Origin: Desulfobacterales bacterium
GTDB taxonomy: Bacteria; Desulfobacterota; Syntrophobacteria; B119-G9
DNA length: 64,000 bases
Direction of reading: 5' to 3'
Assembly (NCBI GenBank): GCA_026983715.1
Contig: JALSTM010000077.1
Coordinates: 304 to 64,303, forward strand
Below are positions 20,494-31,400 of the stretch, piece after piece (position 1 is the first letter of the stretch; every line of letters starts with the position of its first letter). Both the position numbers and the translations under genes were made by a program. The notes beneath the pieces are model-generated. The model worked only from the letters and a program-made list of their open reading frames with translations, ran no database searches and was not told where the DNA came from.

Positions 20494-21480
20494 ATGCGGG
20501 CAGTCTTAGTAGAAGGTGAAGGGAAAAATAACACACTAGTTCTCGGGGAAACTAAAGCCCCGAAAATTGGCCCCGGGGAAGTCCTTGTTAAGGTTCGAGC
20601 CACCTCCGTAAACCAGGCTGATTTACTTCAGCGAAGAGGGCTCTACCCGCCTCCTCCCGGTGTTACCGACATCCTCGGTCTGGATATCGCCGGTGAAGTT
20701 GTGGACACACCCGGAGAAACCTCACAGTGGGAAATAGGCGAAAGAGTGTTCGGTTTTGTCACAGGGGGCGGATACGGTGAATTTGTTACCGTCCATGAAG
20801 CTCTCATTTGGCCCATGCCTTCTAGTTTTGACTTTGAAAGTGCAGCCGCCGTAGGTGAGGTGTTTGCCACGGCCTACCTCAATTTGTTTGTCCTGGGCAT
20901 GCTAAAAAAGAATGAAAAAGTGCTGGTACACGGTGGTAGTGGAGGTGTAGGTACTGCGGCAATTCAACTTGCAAAAAGGGCTGGAGCTGAAGTTTTTACC
21001 ACCGTTGGTTCCCGTGCGGGAGAAAAGATCTGTATAGAACTTGGTGCTGATTATGTCGTGAATTACATAAAAGAAGATTTTGAGAAGAAAGTCCTAGAAC
21101 TTACTTCCGGGGAAGGTCTGGACGTTGTGCTCGATTTTGTGGGAGCGCCATACCTAAACAAGCACTTGGGTATTCTCCGGGAACATGGGCGACTGGTTTT
21201 AATTGGTTTGAAAGGTGGAACCCGGACAGAGGTTTTTCTGCCGCCCCTTTTGACAAAACGGCTCACCATAATTGGATCAACGCTAAGAAGTCTTTCCCGG
21301 CAAAGGAAACAAGAGCTCGTAAAAGAATTCAGAAAAGAGGTTTTACCCCTCTTGGAGGATGGTGAGATTTTCCCCGTCATAGATTCGATATTCCCTATAA
21401 GCCAGGTAGAAGAAGCTCACGAACGGTTCCGTCAAGGCAAGCACGTTGGTAAAATTGTTTTAACCTGGCATGCGGTGTGA
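20494..21480 (+). CDS. NAD(P)H:quinone oxidoreductase / zinc-independent MDR-family oxidoreductase (Qor/PIG3-like)
   Basis: GroES-like N-terminus, Rossmann 'VLVHGGSGGVGTAAIQLAK'. Confidence 0.8.
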   Translation: MRAVLVEGEGKNNTLVLGETKAPKIGPGEVLVKVRATSVNQADLLQRRGLYPPPPGVTDILGLDIAGEVVDTPGETSQWEIGERVFGFVTGGGYGEFVTVHEALIWPMPSSFDFESAAAVGEVFATAYLNLFVLGMLKKNEKVLVHGGSGGVGTAAIQLAKRAGAEVFTTVGSRAGEKICIELGADYVVNYIKEDFEKKVLELTSGEGLDVVLDFVGAPYLNKHLGILREHGRLVLIGLKGGTRTEVFLPPLLTKRLTIIGSTLRSLSRQRKQELVKEFRKEVLPLLEDGEIFPVIDSIFPISQVEEAHERFRQGKHVGKIVLTWHAV

Positions 21481-21513
21481 TTGAGAACAATGGAGCCGGA
21501 TAATAAGCTAATC

Positions 21514-22536
21514 CTAATGCTTTCTCATCTGGTACTTCCGGACAGCGTTTATGTGTTCTCGGATCGTCTGGGAGAAAAAATGATGTCCGTTATTCATCGA
21601 TACGAAGAAAAGGTATTTTACTTTTGCGGGATTGGCTGCGGCTTTAAGCGAGGAAAGACCGGGATTGCAAATGGGGCCAGGGGGAAGACCTTTTATAACG
21701 TATGTGTTGTACGGAGTCTTTGATTCCAGGTCTTTTCTGGTAAGATTCCCATTAAAATTTTTCAGCCCGTAAATAACAGTCGGGTCACACTGTAAAAGCA
21801 TTCCTTTCTGGAGCCTGTTCAGAAAAACACCGGCAATTATCGGACGCTCTTCATCAACCATTGCCTCTTTTTCAACCATCGAGGCAAGGATAAGAACTTC
21901 ATACCTTGAGAGTGGATTGTCTGGTGATTTGTTTTTCCATATCTTGTCAAAATGCTTTTTAAACTGCGCAACCATCGCTTCTATAAGATCCTTATAGTTT
22001 TCTCTGGGTGAATAAAAATATGTGTCCGGAAAGAGGTATCCCTCCAGGGTTGGTGCTTCAATTCCAAGCTTTTCAATGAATTGCTTGTTTTTGAGCAACT
22101 GAATAATTTCGTCATAGGTACCGAGCCCGCGGTCTGAAAGTAGTCTTGCAACCTGTTTCAAGGTCAGGCCTTCAGGTATCGTTATCTTTTTGTAAGTTAA
22201 CTCACCCTGGAGTAACCTCTCCAACACATCCCTGGGAGACATGTAGGTTGTAAAATGATATTCACCTGCCTTAAGCTTTCCTTCCAATCCCATGAAAAGA
22301 ACGTAGTATTTAAATTTGAAGGCACTTGTTATAATTCCCTTATTATAAAGAATGTTTGAAATGGTTGCCAGGTCAGAGCCTTGAGGTATCCGAACTTGCC
22401 TTTGTTCGATGGTTGAACCTGCAGGTTTATTTAAAAAGGTATAAAAATCGAAGCAAATGCCCGCAAGTGAAACGAGTGCCAGAAACAGGATCGAAAACAA
22501 AGCAGTGAGGAGGTTTTTCTTGCTGCGATTGTTCAT
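21514..22536 (-). CDS. mltG: Endolytic murein transglycosylase MltG (YceG family)
   Basis: N-terminal TM anchor, YceG-like domain with 'LQCDPTVIYG' and catalytic-region 'MVEKEA'. Confidence 0.85.
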   Translation of the reverse strand: MNNRSKKNLLTALFSILFLALVSLAGICFDFYTFLNKPAGSTIEQRQVRIPQGSDLATISNILYNKGIITSAFKFKYYVLFMGLEGKLKAGEYHFTTYMSPRDVLERLLQGELTYKKITIPEGLTLKQVARLLSDRGLGTYDEIIQLLKNKQFIEKLGIEAPTLEGYLFPDTYFYSPRENYKDLIEAMVAQFKKHFDKIWKNKSPDNPLSRYEVLILASMVEKEAMVDEERPIIAGVFLNRLQKGMLLQCDPTVIYGLKNFNGNLTRKDLESKTPYNTYVIKGLPPGPICNPGLSSLKAAANPAKVKYLFFVSMNNGHHFFSQTIREHINAVRKYQMRKH

Positions 22537-22690
22537 CTTATCTGTTGTACCAAATTGTAAACGACAAATTTAACATTGACCTTTTAAAGCAGAAGGTACA
22601 TTTTTATGTTGCATGGTTAAATCAGCATTTGTACGTTGTCAGATACTTTAACTGATTCCGCAGGATCTTGGCAAGGGAGTCTTAATACTC

Positions 22691-23800
22691 ATGGATGAGC
22701 AATACATTTCTCGCTTAACAAAACTTGTAGCACAATTTTCTTCACAGTCATTTGATGCTTTTATAGTCTCCGTTCCTGAAAACCGGTACTATTTAAGTGG
22801 TTTTTCTGCTGAAGACGGCGGGCCTCAAGAGACTTCAGGATACCTGGTCATAAGTCCTGATAATAGGTACCTAGTTACCGACGGCAGGTACGAGATTCAA
22901 GCCAGAAGGGAAGCCCCTTTGTACGAAGTGATAGTGTACGAGGAAAGCCTCCTTTTGACAGTGGCAGAAATACTTAAAAATATAAGATGCGGCAAGGTCG
23001 GTTTTGAAGGGCATTACCTGACGTACACAAGTTATTCCAGGCTTGTTAATGCCTTAAAAAAAGTAGGTTACAAGTGCGAGATCGTAGCAACGGAAGATTT
23101 TGTGGAAAATTTGAGAATGATTAAGGACAGTTCCGAGATTGAATTGATTGAGTTTTCTGTTGGGAGAACTGAAGATGTACTGAGCAGGGTTGCGCAAGAG
23201 GTGAAGGAAGGGGTAAGTGAGAGGGAAATTGCACTTCTTCTGGAGATGGAATTGAAAAAATCCGGGGCTGAGAAAGTGGCTTTTGATCCCATTGTTGCTT
23301 CGGGACCTAACGGCGCTTTACCCCATGCTAAGCCTACCAAGCGGTCTTTTGCGGATGGTGATGCAGTTGTAATTGACGTTGGGGGAAAATTCAATCACTA
23401 CTGCTCGGATATGACAAGAACGCTCTTTGTCGGGTCTGCTACGGAGGAAAAGGTAAAAGTTTATAAAATTGTAAGAGAAGCACAAAAACTTGCCATTTCA
23501 TCGACTATGCCAGGAAAGACGAGTAAGGAAATTGACAGCATTGCCAGAAATTACATTGCATCCCGGGGCTACGGCGACTTTTTCGTACACGGGCTCGGAC
23601 ACGGAGTCGGGTTGGCCGTGCATGAAAAACCGGGGATCAACAAGAGGACTGACACTAAGCTGGCGCCTGGAATGGTTATAACCATTGAACCTGGCGTATA
23701 CATCAAGGATCTCGGTGGTATTCGGCTGGAAGATATGGTACTGGTAACAAAGGATGGATGCAGAGTATTGAATCGAGACATTCTGTACTACGAAATTTGA
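22691..23800 (+). CDS. Xaa-Pro aminopeptidase (M24B family)
   Basis: Creatinase N-terminus plus M24 metal-binding residues (D...D...HGLGHGVGLAVHE...E...E). Confidence 0.85.
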   Translation: MDEQYISRLTKLVAQFSSQSFDAFIVSVPENRYYLSGFSAEDGGPQETSGYLVISPDNRYLVTDGRYEIQARREAPLYEVIVYEESLLLTVAEILKNIRCGKVGFEGHYLTYTSYSRLVNALKKVGYKCEIVATEDFVENLRMIKDSSEIELIEFSVGRTEDVLSRVAQEVKEGVSEREIALLLEMELKKSGAEKVAFDPIVASGPNGALPHAKPTKRSFADGDAVVIDVGGKFNHYCSDMTRTLFVGSATEEKVKVYKIVREAQKLAISSTMPGKTSKEIDSIARNYIASRGYGDFFVHGLGHGVGLAVHEKPGINKRTDTKLAPGMVITIEPGVYIKDLGGIRLEDMVLVTKDGCRVLNRDILYYEI

Positions 23801-24041
23801 GTTTCTTGCTAGCCAGCATGGTTAGACCACCTTGGATCGGCCACAACGAACGGATGTAAGTTTTTACAAAGGCCAATCTAGAGCCGAAGACAAAATAGAC
23901 TTTCGCATAGAATAAACCTGGTCAATATTTTGACAGAAATGGGAGGAAAATAGCGAAAAATAGGCAGCTTATAATCAAAAAAATGTTTTGAAAGGGTATT
24001 TAGTATAGTTCACTTGCAAAACCATAAAAGGAGGATCGAAA

Positions 24042-24824
24042 ATGGCACACAAAGCAATCATAGTGGAGAAGCTTGAAGATGAGCGTATCGGTATTATTAC
24101 ACTGAACAGACCTGACCAGATGAACACGTTCAACGTGGACTTGGCACAGGAATTGAACGATAGTCTCAGAGAGTTTGACAAGGAAAAGACAATAAGAGTT
24201 GTGGTTGTCAAAGGGGCCGGAAAGAGCTTTTGTGCTGGGATAGATATAACTGACTTCGAGGGGAAGTCGATTCTCGAGTACAGGAAATGGATCGGCATGA
24301 TGGATGAGATGCACTGGACTATCGCAAAAATGATGAAACCCGTTATTGCAAGTGTCCATGGCTATGCCGTGGCCAACGGTGCCGGCCTCGTGGCTGCGTG
24401 TGATCTGGCAGTAGTTTCAGAAGATAGCAAGTTTGGAACCACGGCAATTAACGTGGGCCTTTTTTGCATGGGACCTGCCGTTTCGCTTGCTCGCCACGTA
24501 GGTAAGAAGCGAGCCCTAGAAATGCTCCTTAGGGGTAATATTATTGATGCCACAACTGCTGAGAGGTATGGTCTGGTAAACAAAGTGGTGCCCAGGGATC
24601 AACTGGAAGAAGAAACCATGAAACTTGCCCGTGAACTTGCATCAAAAAGTCCGATCGCACTGCAGATGGGGAAAAGATCCTACTATTCCATGTGGGATAT
24701 GAACTTCGGTGATTCCCTCGAATACATGGGGGAAGTGTTTGCACGCCTCTGCTGCACGGAAGATGCCCAAGAAGGAGTGAAAGCTTTTCTTGAAAAAAGA
24801 AAGCCCGAATGGAAGGAAAAGTAA
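24042..24824 (+). CDS. Enoyl-CoA hydratase/isomerase (crotonase superfamily)
   Basis: 'VVVVKGAGKSFCAGIDI' oxyanion-hole region; 260 aa. Confidence 0.85.
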   Translation: MAHKAIIVEKLEDERIGIITLNRPDQMNTFNVDLAQELNDSLREFDKEKTIRVVVVKGAGKSFCAGIDITDFEGKSILEYRKWIGMMDEMHWTIAKMMKPVIASVHGYAVANGAGLVAACDLAVVSEDSKFGTTAINVGLFCMGPAVSLARHVGKKRALEMLLRGNIIDATTAERYGLVNKVVPRDQLEEETMKLARELASKSPIALQMGKRSYYSMWDMNFGDSLEYMGEVFARLCCTEDAQEGVKAFLEKRKPEWKEK

Positions 24825-24852
24825 GAAGCCATTGGCAGGGTAGAGTGCTTGT

Positions 24853-25305
24853 ATGAGATCAGAGCTAGAATATTACATGAAGCTTGAATATCCTTGTGAG
24901 ATTACCCCTCTTCCAACTGAGTTGGGACCGGGATATGAGGCATGTATCCCCCAGCTCGGGAGGTATGCTTTTGCCGCAACGGGTAAAACAGTGGAAGAGG
25001 CTCTAAGAAACCTGGAAACTCGAAAAAAGAAGCTTTTCGAAAAATACCTTGAAGAAGGGATCAGCATACCTGAACCCAAGCTGGAAAAACCACAAGCCTA
25101 TAGTGGCAAGTTCGCTCTCAGGATGCCCGTGGAACTTCACAAGGAACTCGCAGAGGGTGCCAAGGCTTCTAGAATGAGTTTAAACAGTTACCTTATCTAC
25201 CTGCTGACAAAGTATCATGGCAGGGAGGTTTATTTGAGACAATTTGAGCGTATATTGAAGCGGGTAGAAAATCTTGAAAAAAGGTTGATAAAGGATTTTG
25301 ATTAG
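24853..25305 (+). CDS. HicB-family antitoxin-like protein (RNase H-like fold plus C-terminal RHH); no HicA partner seen
   Basis: N-terminal 'YPCEITPLPTELGPGYEACIPQLG' pattern and C-terminal 'MSLNSYLIYLL' ribbon-helix-helix. Confidence 0.55.
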   Translation: MRSELEYYMKLEYPCEITPLPTELGPGYEACIPQLGRYAFAATGKTVEEALRNLETRKKKLFEKYLEEGISIPEPKLEKPQAYSGKFALRMPVELHKELAEGAKASRMSLNSYLIYLLTKYHGREVYLRQFERILKRVENLEKRLIKDFD

Positions 25306-25364
25306 ATTTCAAGTACCGTTTTGAAATGCTTGTGCAAGTTGGCCGTAAAGGGAAGGGGAGAAAC

Positions 25365-26183
25365 ATGTGGTCAGGGAAAAAGCTAGGGTTTATCGGTGGC
25401 GGTAATATGGGAGGGGCTTTGATCAAGGGAGTTCTCAAGGCAGGGCTCCTTGAACCCTCCAGCATACTTGTTAGTGATGTTTCAGGAGAAAGACTGGAAT
25501 TTTTGTCCGCGGAATTTGGTGTCCGTACATTCAAATCCAACGTAGATGTTGTAAACAATTCCGATGTTGTTATCTTGGCGATAAAACCCCAGGTCATGGC
25601 AACGGTTTTGGAGGGAATAAAAGGCAGCGTCGGAGACAAGCACCTGTTGGTGTCAATTATGGCGGGGGTAAAACTCGCTACCATTTCAAGCGTGCTGGGA
25701 AAGGAAGTCCCCATGATAAGGGTTATGCCGAATACCCCCGCGCTGGTCCTGGAGGGAGCTTCTGCGCTAGCATGTGGTTCTAAGGCAACCGATGAACACC
25801 GGAAACTTGCGCTGTCAATATTTTCTGCAGTTGGTGAAGTGGTGGAGGTTGAAGAAAAATTACTCGATGCCGTGACCGGTCTCAGCGGAAGTGGCCCAGC
25901 TTATATTTTGCTTGTAATTGAAGCACTTACTGACGGTGGTGTCATGGCAGGGTTGCCAAGGCCAACGGCACTCAAACTTGCCCTTCAAACTACTCTCGGA
26001 GCCGCAAAGCTTATGGCGGAAACAGGACTTCATTCCGCAGCCTTGAAAGACCAGATTACGTCCCCCGGTGGGACTACGATCTACGGGCTTGAGGTTCTTG
26101 AATCTGGTGGTGCAAGAGGGCTTTTTATGCGAGCTGTCCAAACCGCTACTAAAAGATCCGAGGAACTTGGAAAGAAAGGGTAG
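25365..26183 (+). CDS. proC: Pyrroline-5-carboxylate reductase; start at the Met giving 'MWSGKKLGFIGGGNMG'
   Basis: Rossmann 'GFIGGGNMGGALIKG', C-terminal dimerisation domain 'TSPGGTT'. Confidence 0.85.
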   Translation: MWSGKKLGFIGGGNMGGALIKGVLKAGLLEPSSILVSDVSGERLEFLSAEFGVRTFKSNVDVVNNSDVVILAIKPQVMATVLEGIKGSVGDKHLLVSIMAGVKLATISSVLGKEVPMIRVMPNTPALVLEGASALACGSKATDEHRKLALSIFSAVGEVVEVEEKLLDAVTGLSGSGPAYILLVIEALTDGGVMAGLPRPTALKLALQTTLGAAKLMAETGLHSAALKDQITSPGGTTIYGLEVLESGGARGLFMRAVQTATKRSEELGKKG

Positions 26184-26202
26184 TGTAATGCTTGTCTTAA
26201 GA

Positions 26203-26225
26203 GAAGGAGCGAAGGGCGCTCCTTC
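26203..26225. terminator. Bidirectional hairpin terminator between convergent proC and the PEP-CTERM gene (9-bp stem gaaggagcg/cgctccttc)
   Basis: Perfect 9-bp stem, 5-nt loop; T-rich on the + side (ttgttaattctttgcttt) and on the complementary side. Confidence 0.5.
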
Positions 26226-26233
26226 CCGAGTTG

Positions 26234-27067
26234 TTAATTCTTTGCTTTCCTCCGGGTAAGCCCCACAAGGAAAACCACGCCACTTCCCAGGAGCAAAAGG
26301 GAACCAGGAATGGGAACTGTAGTGGAAACCGGATTTGGAGATTCAAACTCGACTTCACTTAGAAATAGCCAGAACATTCCGTTGTGAGCACTGTTGGAGT
26401 CATTATTCCATAAAATATCAGCGTATTCCCAGTCGTTACCACTTTCTTGTAGTTGACTGAATATATTCCAATTACTAAGAGTGATAGAAATCTCATCGTT
26501 GCTCTGTATATCCAGGCTACCAAGATCGAAGCTTATTTCATGGAGCCTCCCGTTGTTGTACCCGTTATCGGTACCAGACCTTCCTTTTAGAAAAGAACTT
26601 GTAAGCGAAACGAGCTCGGTGCCGTTTCTCTTTATTGAGATTTCTCCCGGATAGACAACGTTAAAGCTATGAATGGCATCCTGGTTGGTCCATAGGTTTA
26701 TTGACGAAAGCTCAAAACTTTGCTGGAAAGAGAAGGTGATAGTGACGGGGTTATTGGCGTAATCTCCTTTGCTTATCCTTCCATCTTGGTCTGCGTTACC
26801 CTGGTAAGAAATGCCCCACCAACCTACCCAATCCTGGTAATCCTCGGTCCAATTATCTTGCCCCCTGATACCATCTGTGAGCTTGGTGTAAGATGAGTCA
26901 TCATAGGTATAGGATCCCCCATTTATCCAGCCGGCATTAGGCTCTCTGGAAAAACTGTAACTTGACGGCATTACTAAGTAAGCATAAGAAGGCACATTCA
27001 ATGCCAAGCCAATTCCCAACAAAAACACTATCAACACTGCTTTTTTTATACTATTTCTTGGTAACAT
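26234..27067 (-). CDS. Secreted PEP-CTERM (exosortase-sorted) protein, variant signal 'VPIPGS-LLLLGSGVVFLVGL-TRRKAKN'
   Basis: N-terminal signal peptide; C-terminal tripartite sorting signal (P-rich motif, hydrophobic helix, basic tail); Ser/Asn/Trp-rich, low complexity. Confidence 0.65.
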   Translation of the reverse strand: MLPRNSIKKAVLIVFLLGIGLALNVPSYAYLVMPSSYSFSREPNAGWINGGSYTYDDSSYTKLTDGIRGQDNWTEDYQDWVGWWGISYQGNADQDGRISKGDYANNPVTITFSFQQSFELSSINLWTNQDAIHSFNVVYPGEISIKRNGTELVSLTSSFLKGRSGTDNGYNNGRLHEISFDLGSLDIQSNDEISITLSNWNIFSQLQESGNDWEYADILWNNDSNSAHNGMFWLFLSEVEFESPNPVSTTVPIPGSLLLLGSGVVFLVGLTRRKAKN

Positions 27068-27352
27068 TTTTTCCTCCCGTTTTAATTACATAGATTCTCT
27101 ATATCATGTTATTTGCTAGAAGTATACCAATTATGATCATTGCAAAATATGTTCTGTGATTTGAGGCTGTTATATTGTTATGTAAAAACTGGCGTTGCTA
27201 GCAGGTCGTTTAGTTAAGTGGAAAAACTTTACCGTTTTTAAGAAAATATTTATCCATAAATTTGATGCCGGTATTAATTGGAATTGGCGCTAACTTCCTG
27301 TAATGACGTGTTTTTAAGTTTATGTCTAAGGTTGGAGATAGCTTTCCTGTTG

Positions 27353-28369
27353 TTATTTCCTTGGCTTCTTGGTGTTATTACAAGGGCTGGATCTTTTCAG
27401 CACTTTTTGAGCGAATGGTGAATTTGAAAGCAAGCTCTCAACTAATCCAAAACTTGAAATTTTACCTGAATACTTGGCTGCCACTCTGATCTGTCCGGTT
27501 ACCCTGCTGGTGGATTCCGGTGACAAAAGATTCGTTCCTTCCTTTTCGGAAGCCAGATTGAAAAATTCGATGACCGGCACAAAATTAACACCACTTTTTC
27601 GAGCCAAATTGCTCAATTCATCAAAGTAGAGAGGAAGCGTGCAAAAGTCCTGTTTTTTCGTTCCTATCCCGTCCTGATAATAGATTGAATCTATGTGCGC
27701 TGATGAAAAAATTTTTCTCCAGAATTTTGCCATCCCAAGCGGGCTTAACTTGCAGTTACTGAAACCGGATATCGCAATTTTAGTACCAGGAGAGACCTTT
27801 TTAATTTCACCCGTAACTTCTTTCAAAAAGAGTAAGAGAACCTTTCTTTTTTCAGGTTTAATCCAATTCGTGTCGTCGATCTCCTGGGGTATGTACCATC
27901 CTGCAAAAGCCGGATGACGGTGCACTAGCGGATAAAGTTCTCTTAGCAGTTGAAGGGAATCATGTGCTAGGCGAGCAAAGTAAATCTTAAGACTCCGGGG
28001 CCTTTCCTTGATTCGTACCCAAAATTCAGGGTCGTGAATTAAGCCGATCTTAAGCTTGATTTGGTTTGACTTTGCAATATCGAGAAAGTCAACCACGGTA
28101 ATCTTTGCAATCATTTTCCTGTAGGGCGTAAAAAAAGGGTTCTTGTTTATGGCTGTCCACTGCAAAATGACTTCTCGTATTCCAACATCATGAAGTTTCC
28201 TGAATATTTTTTCCCAGTCTGACTTCTCCAGGGAACTTTTCTCCTGGTCTAGTTGAATAAATGTAGAGGATATTGAGGGTTCCGCACAAGCCGTACTTGC
28301 TAAAGTACTTAAAATGAACAGCAAAAATATAAGTATGTATTTATTTTGTTTCCCAGTAGCCAATACCAT
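27353..28369 (-). CDS. Secreted hypothetical protein, possibly a glycoside-hydrolase-like TIM-barrel protein; positional analogue of E. coli ybcH
   Basis: Signal peptide (LASTACA/EP); no firm motif; last gene of the wecB-nfrB-nfrA string, 59 nt after the NfrA-like gene. Confidence 0.4.
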   Translation of the reverse strand: MVLATGKQNKYILIFLLFILSTLASTACAEPSISSTFIQLDQEKSSLEKSDWEKIFRKLHDVGIREVILQWTAINKNPFFTPYRKMIAKITVVDFLDIAKSNQIKLKIGLIHDPEFWVRIKERPRSLKIYFARLAHDSLQLLRELYPLVHRHPAFAGWYIPQEIDDTNWIKPEKRKVLLLFLKEVTGEIKKVSPGTKIAISGFSNCKLSPLGMAKFWRKIFSSAHIDSIYYQDGIGTKKQDFCTLPLYFDELSNLARKSGVNFVPVIEFFNLASEKEGTNLLSPESTSRVTGQIRVAAKYSGKISSFGLVESLLSNSPFAQKVLKRSSPCNNTKKPRK

Positions 28370-28428
28370 TTATTGTTATGCCTATTAAAAATGCTAGAAA
28401 CTAACCTTACGTTTCCTGTGTTAGAAGT

Positions 28429-31400
28429 TTAGTAACTGATTATCAGTGTTAGAAAGAATCCATCTATCTTTCTTTTGTCTACTCCCCCTGCAGTCAGTTC
28501 ACCCCGTTTATAGTAAGCAAGTAACTCCGCGCTATGGTGATCGCTTAAGTAACTGGTTCCTCCCCAGAAATACTTCCCTGATATTCCGATACCCCCCTCA
28601 ATAAAAGAACTGTCCTCCCTGTCAGGGGTGTACCATATTCCGTCTGCGATCAAGTGCGGGGTAAGAACAAATTTCGGGTATACCTTGAAGCTCCACCCTT
28701 GTCTTAATTCCCCGTACCAGAGCATCCGGTCACGATGGGGAAAGTAGTAATTGATTTCGCTGTAAAGGTACGAATAATTCCAATTATCTTTTACTGTGTT
28801 CAATTCGTACCCCCTCGACCAATCGTAGAGGCCTCTAACGAGCCAGTTATCTTCAGAGTCGTCGCCGATAGAAAAAAGCCTTTCCATTCCTACCTTGAAC
28901 TTGAGTTTTTTGAAAGGCTTGTATCTTAACCCAATGGCTCCTTGCCAGGTGTCCGAATCGGTGTCCAGGGAATCTTCCCGGAGATTTACAGTGGTTCTGG
29001 CTATCGCCTCCAGAATCCTGTAGTCCCGGAATCCTATCCTAGGTAGAACCCATGTCCCTTCGAACCCCATGGTGCCTCGGGCAAGAATGCGCTCTCCTGC
29101 TCCGAGGGTTCCTCTTTCTATCGTACCGGTATCACCCGTAACAAAAGCGTCCCAGGCGGTGAAAGAAAATTTCTTGGTAAGTGCCGTGATTTCTCTCTTA
29201 TATTTCTCCCGTTTTAGTTCTGCTTCTACTTCGCTTGCCGGACTTCCAAAACAGGTAAGAGGCAGGCAATCAATTGCTTTTTTGAACTTTTCAACCCCTT
29301 CCTCATTCTGGTATGTTTGCATGTAGAGGTATGCTAAATCTGCGTGAAGATCAACCTGGTCAGGGTCTTTCCGAAGAGATTCTTTGAAAGCTGCTATTGC
29401 TTCACGGGGTTTTCCATTTTCCTTGAGAGCATCCCCGTAAGCTGATAGGTATATACTGTTTCTGTCAAGTTCAACGGCTCTTCGGAAAGCTCGCAATGCC
29501 TCGTGCTTTTCACCCAGTTCTTTGTTTACCTTGCCGAGTTCAAACCATGTTTCTGCCCGGTTGCTTGTATTAGTCAATTCTTCCCAGAGAGTTTTTGACT
29601 TTTTGAGTTCCCCGATTTGGTGGTAACATTTGGCCAGTTCTTTTTTCCTCAATATTTGCTTGTCTCGCGACAAAGTTTCCCACGATCCGGAACGAAGAAT
29701 GCTGATAGCCTGGGCAGGCTGTCCTTTTCGAGCTTCAACAATTCCGAGGTACAGTCTTGCAGTGGATGTGTTTCTTATGGAAAGAGCTTCCCTGAGTGCT
29801 TTTTCTGCCTCTTCCAGAGCCCCTTCTTGGAGAGCGAGGTATCCACACTGTTCATAAAGCAGATAGCGTTTTTGGTCATCAAGTAAGCTAGAATCTTTTT
29901 TGCCCAACCTTAGATAATGAAGGGCTACACCAGGCTTTTTCATAAGATAGTAGCTGTTTGCTATGGCTAAAAGTATTTCCGGGCCCTTTTTCATCCTATA
30001 AGCTTCAAGAAAATGTTCTATTGCTTCCTCGTGTAAACCCATGCCATCCAATGCATAGCCAAGGTTCAGCCTGTAACTCACGTTCTTAGGATATTTTTCT
30101 ACCAAGCGATAAAAGTAATCCCTAGCTTCCGAATATTTTGCCTGCTTTAGTTTTATGGTTCCGAGTTGCTTGAAAAGTTCGATTTTAAGCTTCCCCGAGG
30201 TGGCAAGAGTTCTAGCTCGCTCGAGGCTTTTCTCTGCTCCTTCATAGTTACGAACCTCGAACTGTGCATTTGCCATCCCAAGAAGTGCCCTTAATCGGAC
30301 TCGAGCACTCAAGCGCTTCTTGTTTAAAACGTTCCTAAATTGAGAAATGGCTTTGTTCGGTTGACCAAGGCGCGCGTAAAGGTAGCCAAGCTGGAGGTGA
30401 ATTTTCGTTGCCGTGTTCTCACGAAGGGAATTCTCAAGTGCTTTGTTAAGATGATAGAGTGCTTTTTTGGGTTCTTTCGTGTCCAAGTACAAGATGGCCA
30501 GCTCCTGGTGGGCCTCTCCTATTTTCTGTCCCTTTTTACCTGATTTCAGAATATATTCTTTAAGGAGGGGAATTGCTGTCCCGGGATTACCTGCTGCCTG
30601 GTAGCTTGTAGCGGCCATCATGAGAAGTTCATACCTTTTTTTTCCTCCTACCTCAAAAGCTTTAAGGAAATAATCTCCTGCCTTACGATGATTGCCAGTG
30701 TGGGAGTATAGAGTTGCTATTCGAGTAAGTATCTGCGGATCTTTCCCTTTAGTTTTCCTTTCTAGTTGTAGCAAAATCTCTAGTGCCCTTCGATATTTCT
30801 TCTGTTTTTCTAGGGCTACCGCCAGAGATTCCATGGCGGCAGGGCTTTTTTTAAGTTCACTGGCTTTTGAGAGATATAGCTGTGCAAGTTCTGGCTTGTT
30901 AAGTTTCAGGTAAAGCTCCCCTAGAGCCCGATTCGTTTTGTAGTTATCAGGGGCAATTTTGAGCGCATTCTTAAATGCTTCCTCCGCCTTGTCTAGTTTT
31001 CCCAGTTTTTCCTGCTCAAAGCCGAGGTACTGGTATGCAGACAACCTATCGTGTTCTGAAAGCCCAAGTTTGATCGCGTGTTCAAGAGACTCCACTGCTT
31101 CAAGGTCTTTGCCCACGGATCCCTGAAGTATCCCAAGTGCAAGGAAGTATTCCGGTTTCCGGGAAAGCGATGCTGCTTCGGCCATCTCTTCTTCAGCTTC
31201 CACGAGCTTTCCCTGTTTCTCAAGGGTTATAACAAGTTCCCTCATAACCTCGGGATCACGCTTTACTCGGAGTGCTTCCCGGTAGAACTTCTCTGCCAGT
31301 TTCAATTTACCGAGCTTGTATGCCAGGGTGCCCTTTTTTCGGGCAATTTTTACACGTCTTTCATTGTTCGCCGGTGGTAAAGTCACGGAATTAAGAATTT

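Noticed and set aside
21481-21723. 80-aa + strand ORF overlapping the mltG 3' end
   Set aside because: Overlaps the MltG C-terminus antisense. No RBS or family resemblance.
27068-27352. Possible sigma-54 promoter upstream of the PEP-CTERM gene
   Set aside because: I looked for GG-N10-GC (TGGCAC-N5-TTGCA) on the minus strand. Only partial matches (TTGCA without a correctly spaced GG) were found, so it is not reported.
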